64,000 nt of DNA from Marispirochaeta sp. (lineage in GTDB: Bacteria > Spirochaetota > Spirochaetia > JC444 > Marispirochaetaceae). The translations under genes were made by a program, and so were the position numbers. Shown here piece by piece: positions 59,425-64,000 of the stretch. Position 1 is the stretch's first letter. Every line of letters begins with the position of its first letter. The notes under the pieces were generated by a model. That model saw only the letters and a list, made by a program, of their open reading frames with translations, had not been told where the DNA came from and did not search any database. The DNA is taken from the NCBI GenBank assembly GCA_963676835.2, contig CAXXFF010000001.1, positions 192,001 to 256,000 on the forward strand, written 5' to 3'.

Positions 59425-61995
59425 CTATAAGGTCATGGTAAATGCAATCACGAAATCCAGACCGGATGTATCATCGTCAGGATCCTGAAAAAGTGCTCCC
59501 TGCTGCCATTCTATGCCGTCATCAAGGATTTTAAAGCGTTTGGCGAAATAGAACCCAAGGGGTATACCGGGGATGGTCAGCTTTAACCCTGACCCCATAC
59601 TGAACTTGAAGTCTTCCAGCTGCATATCATTGAATTCCCTCAAGCCCTGTTTGGGATCATTCTCATCCCGCAGATACATAAGGGTTGCACTGATATAGTT
59701 ATCGAACCAGAGAAACTGTTCAAAAATCGGCAGCGTAAGATTCATACGGCTGTCCCAGCGGCTCTGACCACCGAGGATCCTTGGCCACCCCAGGGCAACG
59801 GTCATACCGTCAATATAGAGAAGGTCCGCATCGGTTGCCGCCAGTTCTCCGCCTAACTGGGGAAGAATAAAGGCAAGCTCGGAATGCAGCCCGAGAACAG
59901 TCTTCAGGTTAAAGCTTTTACCCAGGATAACATCCAGAAGAGTAAAATATACATCTCCTGCGGTTGATGAGCGGATATAATGCCGCGATGAAGGGAGGAT
60001 GCCTCCGGTAAAGGTGAGACGCTGACTGACATAGACACCTTTTGAAGGATTATAGGTGAGATCCCGGGTATCGTACGAAAGAGATGTCCACCATTTGGTT
60101 ATGGGCATCCACTGGTCAAAGTTATCCCGGACATCCTCACTGTAGGGCCGGTATACATCTTCGTCATACCAGATATAGTTCTGAGAGTGGGTAATACCGG
60201 TTCCGGCACCTATACGGCCGAACCAGGTGTTCCATGAATATCCGGTACTCACGCCCAGGGAGACTTCATAGGAGTCGTACTCCATCAGGTATGAGCTGTC
60301 GACATCTTCACCATTATCAACGGCCCACTCATAATCGGTCTGATATGTGCCGTTGGCGATTTCTTCATCCGTGGGATTAACCGGATTTCCGTCGGAGTCA
60401 ACATAGTGTCCGTCATAGGGGTCCGGAACACCTACGCCGTTCGGCCCGATAAGGTCCTGATAAACGCCGTCAACGAGCAGGTGTTCAAGACTGAGGTTAA
60501 CCCCGCCGTACCAGCGGTGCCCGAAGAGCCAGTTTTCCTTGAATGCAAGAGTCAGGGACTGACTTGCGGTGGAAACCTCTGCTCCGATGGAAACTTCCTG
60601 TCCCCTTCCCAGAAAGTTTTTATCCGCCAGGTTCAGAAACCCCGTCATGGGAAATCCGGTAATACCCCCGGTAAAGGAGATACCGAAGTTAAGGTCAATG
60701 GTCTTGCCCTCTTCGACATTGACCACCAGATCCATGAGGTTATCTACGCTGCCCTGGGGAGTTTCCGGATTTACCGCGGAGAAATATTGTGTATTATACA
60801 GATTCTGAAGGCCCTGAACTATTTTTTCCCGGGAGAAAACATCGCCAACCTCGAGGGGGATTTCTCTCTCAATTACATAATCCCGGGTTTTTGTATTGCC
60901 CTTGATAATTATATTCTCGATATGTGCCCTGCCCCGTTCGACAATCTGCACTACAAAGGAAATGGTTCTATCCTGTTCGTTCCGCTCTTCCTTGCGGTCA
61001 ATCTGGTTAAAAATATAACCGTCATCGAAGTAGGTATTGGCTACACGGGCAAAATCAGCCTCCAGGGCTGTTCTATTGAGAACTGAACCAGGTTCGAGCC
61101 GTATCAGAGAAGAAAGCATTTCGTCGGAAAAGAGGGTGTTGCCGTTAAAGGTCATTCCCCCATAGGTGTACTGCCTGCCTTCGGTAATATAAAAGGTGAT
61201 ATCTATATAGTTTCTCTTCTCGTCTGTTTCACCGGGGGTAGGTTCCTGACTGACCTCTGCAATTTTTGCATCAACGTAGCCCCGCTCCCAGTAGTAGGAA
61301 AGAATAGTACGCTTGTCAGCCTCAATTGTACTTTCCTGAAATATTCCGGAAGAAAAGAGTCCCTGTTCCTTTGTTTCGAGCTTTTTCTTGAGAGTATTTG
61401 ATGAAACAAAACTGTTCCCGGAAAAATAGATATTACGGATTCTGGTCTGGGCTCCTTCTGTAACCTCGAAATAGACAATAGCCCGGCCTTCTTCGTCCGT
61501 TTTTTCAAAGCTGCCGCTTACTTCTACTTCCGGATACCCTTTCTCGATATAGAGGGTTTTTATGGCTTCCGCATCAAGTCGTACCTTGTTACGGGTTACC
61601 ATGTCGTCACGTTTAAGGAGAACAGTATTTAAAATCTCCGAATCCCGGAGGTTCTTATTCCCTTTTATAATAATATCATCAACAAGAGGCCGTTCTGTAA
61701 CGGTAAATTCAATTACTACAGAATCAGTACCGGAAGAGCCTTCAACGGCTTCCAGACTGTAACTCTCAAAATAATCAAGGGCAAAGATTTTACTCTGCAG
61801 CTCCCACGAAAGGGTGTCGCTGAATTCCTGCCCGATATATTCATCAGTAATACCGATGAGATCATATTCACTGACGGAAAGAAGACCGTTAAAACGTATA
61901 TCCTCAATAGGCTTTCCGACCCACCAGTCATCAGACTGCGCCCAGGCGTTCAGACAGAAAAAGGACAAGAAGATGAGCAGCAGCGTCTTACGCAT
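59425..61995 (-). CDS. bamA: Outer membrane protein assembly factor BamA
   Basis: Signal peptide, POTRA repeats (IIIKGNTKTRDYVIEREI), NFLGRGQ, YDTRD..PSKG barrel motifs; start set at ATG 61995. Confidence 0.93.
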   Translation of the reverse strand: MRKTLLLIFLSFFCLNAWAQSDDWWVGKPIEDIRFNGLLSVSEYDLIGITDEYIGQEFSDTLSWELQSKIFALDYFESYSLEAVEGSSGTDSVVIEFTVTERPLVDDIIIKGNKNLRDSEILNTVLLKRDDMVTRNKVRLDAEAIKTLYIEKGYPEVEVSGSFEKTDEEGRAIVYFEVTEGAQTRIRNIYFSGNSFVSSNTLKKKLETKEQGLFSSGIFQESTIEADKRTILSYYWERGYVDAKIAEVSQEPTPGETDEKRNYIDITFYITEGRQYTYGGMTFNGNTLFSDEMLSSLIRLEPGSVLNRTALEADFARVANTYFDDGYIFNQIDRKEERNEQDRTISFVVQIVERGRAHIENIIIKGNTKTRDYVIEREIPLEVGDVFSREKIVQGLQNLYNTQYFSAVNPETPQGSVDNLMDLVVNVEEGKTIDLNFGISFTGGITGFPMTGFLNLADKNFLGRGQEVSIGAEVSTASQSLTLAFKENWLFGHRWYGGVNLSLEHLLVDGVYQDLIGPNGVGVPDPYDGHYVDSDGNPVNPTDEEIANGTYQTDYEWAVDNGEDVDSSYLMEYDSYEVSLGVSTGYSWNTWFGRIGAGTGITHSQNYIWYDEDVYRPYSEDVRDNFDQWMPITKWWTSLSYDTRDLTYNPSKGVYVSQRLTFTGGILPSSRHYIRSSTAGDVYFTLLDVILGKSFNLKTVLGLHSELAFILPQLGGELAATDADLLYIDGMTVALGWPRILGGQSRWDSRMNLTLPIFEQFLWFDNYISATLMYLRDENDPKQGLREFNDMQLEDFKFSMGSGLKLTIPGIPLGFYFAKRFKILDDGIEWQQGALFQDPDDDTSGLDFVIAFTMTL

Positions 61996-62005
61996 AGAGA
62001 CTCCT

Positions 62006-64000
62006 TTAAAAAGATAACGACCAGGAGAGTCCAACCTCGGCAGTCGTAATACTGGAAACTATATCACGAAAATCAGGATAGACCGCAACGTTGAACAGGA
62101 AAAATGGAGTTTTCCACTCTACAGAAATCTCTGTATCCAGTTCGTAGGATGACTCAGCACTGAAATCTGAAAAAAACTGTTCGTTTGATTGAACCTGAAG
62201 CATAGCCTCCAGGAAGACATCATCGCCGAAATACTTTCCCAGAAATAAGGTTGTATTGTCAAGGTATCTCCCGATCGCACTGGAATTGCTCCCGTCGGCA
62301 ACTGTGCTTTCCGAGTCGGAGCTCATACGGTCCAGCAGAATATTCTGAAAAAGCTGGGTTCTGATACTGAAAAGATCCAGATTCAGAATCTCTTTCATTG
62401 ACTGCTCAAAGGAACGGATTATTCCAAGCTGGTTCACCAGAAGATCACTGGTCTGAAGCAGTGCATCCGTGGGATCAATGGCTTCACCCATGCTGGTTCC
62501 AAAGACGGAATAACCTAAAAGAGCTGCTATTTCCACATCCGACAGGGAGGGAACAGACTCGAAGCGCGGGGTAAACTGACTGAAGGGGCGGTCATCCAGT
62601 ATCAGATAGATCTGAACAGTCTCACCGTCTGCATCAATTTCCCGGATTTCCGCCCGGGCAGAAATAACCGGATCAAACTTCACTTCATTCTCACTGAAGC
62701 GCACACGGCCCTCTTTGATTATAAAGTTCCGCTGAAAATAGAGGACAATACCACCTTGAATATCGATATCGCCATCAATATTAAAACTGTCGTTACTGCT
62801 GTCGCTGCTAATTTTTAACTCATTTCCCGTTTTGGCAAAACTGCGCAGAATCGGCAGGGTACTGCTTGGCCAGAGAAACTCAACACCTCGCCCTGTGGTA
62901 AACGTGAAATCTGTTCGCAGTATATGTGAATCGGTATAGGCCTGCACTGCTTCTGTATTGGTAACGGTAATAACCGCTGAACTGAGTTCCAGATCACCAC
63001 TGAGATCGGTGGCAAGCTGATCACCATTTACTCTGAAGTTCCCTTTTACATAGCCATCCAGGATCAACTGTCCGATATCAGTCTTAAGATGAAGCCCGCG
63101 TTTACCGGTGGTAACAAGTTTTATGTCGTAAGTTGCGGGAATCCAGTGTTCTATATCAAAAGAGAGATCTGCAGCCAGGGTTCCTATCCCTGCAGAAAGC
63201 TCCAGGTTATTAATATGCAGGGATTTACCATCCAGCAGAAGAGTCCCGTCAAAAGGCCCTATCTGCTCCGGGATAACCTCGCTTCTTGCAGTTATATCAC
63301 GGGCATTAAGGGTTCCGGAAAAATCAGGATCATTCAGCGGACCCTCAACCTTGATATTAGCCCCGAGGAGCTCACCTGAGGTGAGATTAAAATACGGAAA
63401 CTTTATTCCCCCCTGGAGTTTATCCACCTTAAGACTCATGGTTTCAATAACCGCAGAGATATCGCCTCCGGAGAGTGAACCCTTCAACCTCAATGCAACC
63501 GGAAGCGGTTCGTCAAGGGAAAGAAAAAACTCCCGCGCATTATTCATGGTTCCGGACACTGAACGCCCGGGGCCTCCGGTAAATGCAAAAAGCGTCCCGT
63601 CATAACCGAACTCAAACTCCCAGTCATCCACAGAATCAGGGCCTATACTTCCCTGGAAAAAATCTGCCCGACCGTCAAAGGGCAATGAAAAGATATCCAT
63701 GGCATTATCAAAACCGGAAAACGGCGCAGTCCTGGCAGTAACTGCAACATTACTGTTATAAATCTGCCCCTGGAGCGGCATCTGCAGACTCGAATTAAAG
63801 TTAAAAGTTCCTTCGTCAAGCAGATAGAGACCCGTTCCCTGATGTATGCTTACCCCAAGATAATCAAGATTGAATTCACGTATACGCAGGAGCTTATCTT
63901 CCAGGGAAAAAACTGTTGAAATACCGAAGGGGTCCCGGTTGAATTCTCCATCATTCATTTCAAAACGGACAAAGACATCCGGATCGGAAGGCATTCCCCG
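62006..64000 (-). CDS. tamB: Translocation/assembly module TamB (C-terminal part; 5' end outside the window)
   Basis: Beta-rich repeats, I.GPL.DP, DUF490-like C-terminus (FDPVISARAE, SVPSLSDVEIAALLG); directly upstream of bamA. Confidence 0.82.
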   Translation of the reverse strand, partial: RGMPSDPDVFVRFEMNDGEFNRDPFGISTVFSLEDKLLRIREFNLDYLGVSIHQGTGLYLLDEGTFNFNSSLQMPLQGQIYNSNVAVTARTAPFSGFDNAMDIFSLPFDGRADFFQGSIGPDSVDDWEFEFGYDGTLFAFTGGPGRSVSGTMNNAREFFLSLDEPLPVALRLKGSLSGGDISAVIETMSLKVDKLQGGIKFPYFNLTSGELLGANIKVEGPLNDPDFSGTLNARDITARSEVIPEQIGPFDGTLLLDGKSLHINNLELSAGIGTLAADLSFDIEHWIPATYDIKLVTTGKRGLHLKTDIGQLILDGYVKGNFRVNGDQLATDLSGDLELSSAVITVTNTEAVQAYTDSHILRTDFTFTTGRGVEFLWPSSTLPILRSFAKTGNELKISSDSSNDSFNIDGDIDIQGGIVLYFQRNFIIKEGRVRFSENEVKFDPVISARAEIREIDADGETVQIYLILDDRPFSQFTPRFESVPSLSDVEIAALLGYSVFGTSMGEAIDPTDALLQTSDLLVNQLGIIRSFEQSMKEILNLDLFSIRTQLFQNILLDRMSSDSESTVADGSNSSAIGRYLDNTTLFLGKYFGDDVFLEAMLQVQSNEQFFSDFSAESSYELDTEISVEWKTPFFLFNVAVYPDFRDIVSSITTAEVGLSWSLSF

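Overview
A 64-kb core-chromosome segment from a spirochaete, probably a free-living Spirochaetaceae-type organism. This is inferred from the spirochaete-typical gene order, the ~900-aa GreA and the Zn-ribbon NusA. Most genes lie on the minus strand in two conserved housekeeping blocks. Block 1: tamB-bamA-skp-mutS-comF-rimP-nusA-infB-rbfA-truB-rpsO-pnp-dut-lptF-lptG-tgt-murJ-HEAT. Block 2: rplU-prp-rpmA-obgE-nadD-LCP-rsfS ... ispE-spoVG-tRNA-Gln-rplY-pth-tilS-ftsH. Interspersed are biosynthetic genes (carAB, gltBD, ilvBN-cimA, nadCB, argS, apt) and two more tRNAs. I saw no transposase, prophage, CRISPR array or clear pseudogene. The interesting signals are small or non-coding: (1) an unannotated Ile/Val/Leu leader peptide and attenuator before ilvBN-cimA; (2) a ~246-bp hairpin-mosaic element with a perfect 57-bp direct repeat inside that leader; (3) a 91-aa protein that is 60% Asp/Glu with no basic residue; (4) a 21-bp motif (19/21 identical) shared by the gltBD and carAB upstream regions and overlapping a sigma54 promoter; (5) recurring leaderless promoter architecture; (6) an intact Prp protease next to an L27 that lacks the extension Prp normally cleaves. 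All calls are by eye from sequence and family knowledge; no database searches were run.
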